Assembly (NCBI GenBank): GCA_030704615.1
Contig: CM060731.1
Location: forward strand, 13,392,001-13,456,000
Length of the DNA stretch: 64,000 nucleotides
Reading direction: 5' to 3'
Source of the DNA: Takakia lepidozioides
Lineage: Eukaryota; Plantae; Bryophyta
Each line of letters starts with the position of its first letter. The first letter of the stretch is position 1. Below are positions 62,775-64,000 of the stretch, one piece after another. The notes below the pieces were generated by a model. It had not been told where the DNA came from. It saw only the letters and a program-made list of their open reading frames with translations, and made no database searches. The translations under genes and the position numbers were made by a program.

Positions 62775-64000
62775 AAAGAGTGCAAATACGATTCAATACA
62801 TCTATCGCACTAGCCATGCGAGGTAATTTATTGGACAACAACACATGAAGGCAAAACCATAAATAATTGACAAGCACATCATTTCAACAAATGCAGGTGG
62901 GTTAGTTACTTACAGATCGGGTGGCCCCTGCTGAATCAGAACCATACCCCTTGTTGCTATTCTTGCTCCCCGAAATTTCGGATAGAAGTGGAGGACGACC
63001 ACTTGTCTTAGCCTACACATGGACATGATATGGGAATATTAGTGCCATCCTCTAAGATGTACTCATAAGACGTTGTATCACGATTTGTGATATGATCATG
63101 ATGCCTATGGAATAATTGTGCACACCATGACGTCACAAATATGTGAAATCAACCGTAGCTTGCCTGTGGCATCTTCCGCATTTTTGTGGAATGACCTACA
63201 ACATCAGCAGTAGAATATTTCAGACCCACTATGGTATGCTCCTGTGGCTATGTGGAATGACCTACAGTATAGGCAGTAAAATACTACACACCCACTCCAC
63301 GCAGATTACGCCACGTGCCATCCTCTCCAAAATACACGCGTTGCCCATACCGTTGCCCACATGTCGTCAAGCCCAGGTAACAGGGTGTCGCATCATTTTC
63401 CCGTAGGTGTGGACAAGTCCACACCCTTTGTACGTTTAGGATCCACGTGGGGGTGTTTGCCACGGAACATGTGGCCCCCAAACTTGCTAAAGCTGTGAAA
63501 ACAGCCAGTGGATGGTCTCACACCGAATGGCTTTTTTCACACCCACATGCCACGCCAGATGTCCGCTCCACATAAGTGCACATCGCCTCTTTGTCTCCAT
63601 ACATGTGTCATCCCCACAAAAATACACGTGTTGCACACACCGTTGCCCAGATGTCGTGAAACCCTGGTGACAAGGCAGTCGCATGGTTTTCCCGTAGGTG
63701 TGGACAAGTCCACACCTTTGTACATCTACGATCCACGTGGCGATGTTCGCCAAAGCACACGTCGCTCGTGGAAAAAGCCATGAACCCCGTGAAAAAGGCC
63801 ACCCGTGGACTTCTCCACAAGGCCACCTGAGAGCTAGGCCGTCCACGGGGTGTCCGAAAGCACTCGTCGTTTCTTACACCCATGGCAGGTGTGGACTGGG
63901 GCGGATTCCACGGGAAAAAGTGTGAAAAAAGCCGTGGAAAAAGCCATTTTTTCTTCTAGTGAGTGTATAGAAATTCGTATAATAAAGTCAGCGCCGATTA

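Larger units (their letters stand above)
51473..63961 (-). mobile_element. Full-length degenerate En/Spm (CACTA) transposon, 12.5 kb
   Basis: TIRs CACTAGAAGAAAAAA(C/T)GGCTTTTTCCACGGC; TSD AGT (51470-51472, 63962-63964); subterminal CCAC-rich repeats. Confidence 0.95.

Overview
Eukaryotic, repeat-dense DNA from a land plant. A non-seed plant is likely, but that is inference. There is one intact host-type gene, an intronless CUL1-like cullin (8051-10669, +), lying tail-to-tail with a decayed second cullin copy. The rest is nested transposable elements, many with verifiable ends and target-site duplications (TSDs): a hAT MITE, a Copia element interrupted by a non-autonomous CACTA, further Copia remnants and a solo LTR, SINE-like elements, and a 12.5-kb En/Spm CACTA carrying a LINE. 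The most unusual item is the cargo of a 12.8-kb CACTA-ended element (21783-34574). It holds a GCM-like/Mutator-type DDE/SWIM transposase gene, arrays of long GGCGCC-centred palindromes, and a spliced ParB/Srx-domain gene next to the C-terminal half of a beta-class N4/N6 DNA methyltransferase. These last two appear to be one ParB-methyltransferase gene broken by an inversion. A second, diverged copy of the ParB + transposase + palindrome combination at about 37-42 kb suggests a transposon family carrying its own DNA-modification module. All protein calls come from motif recognition by eye; no database search was run.
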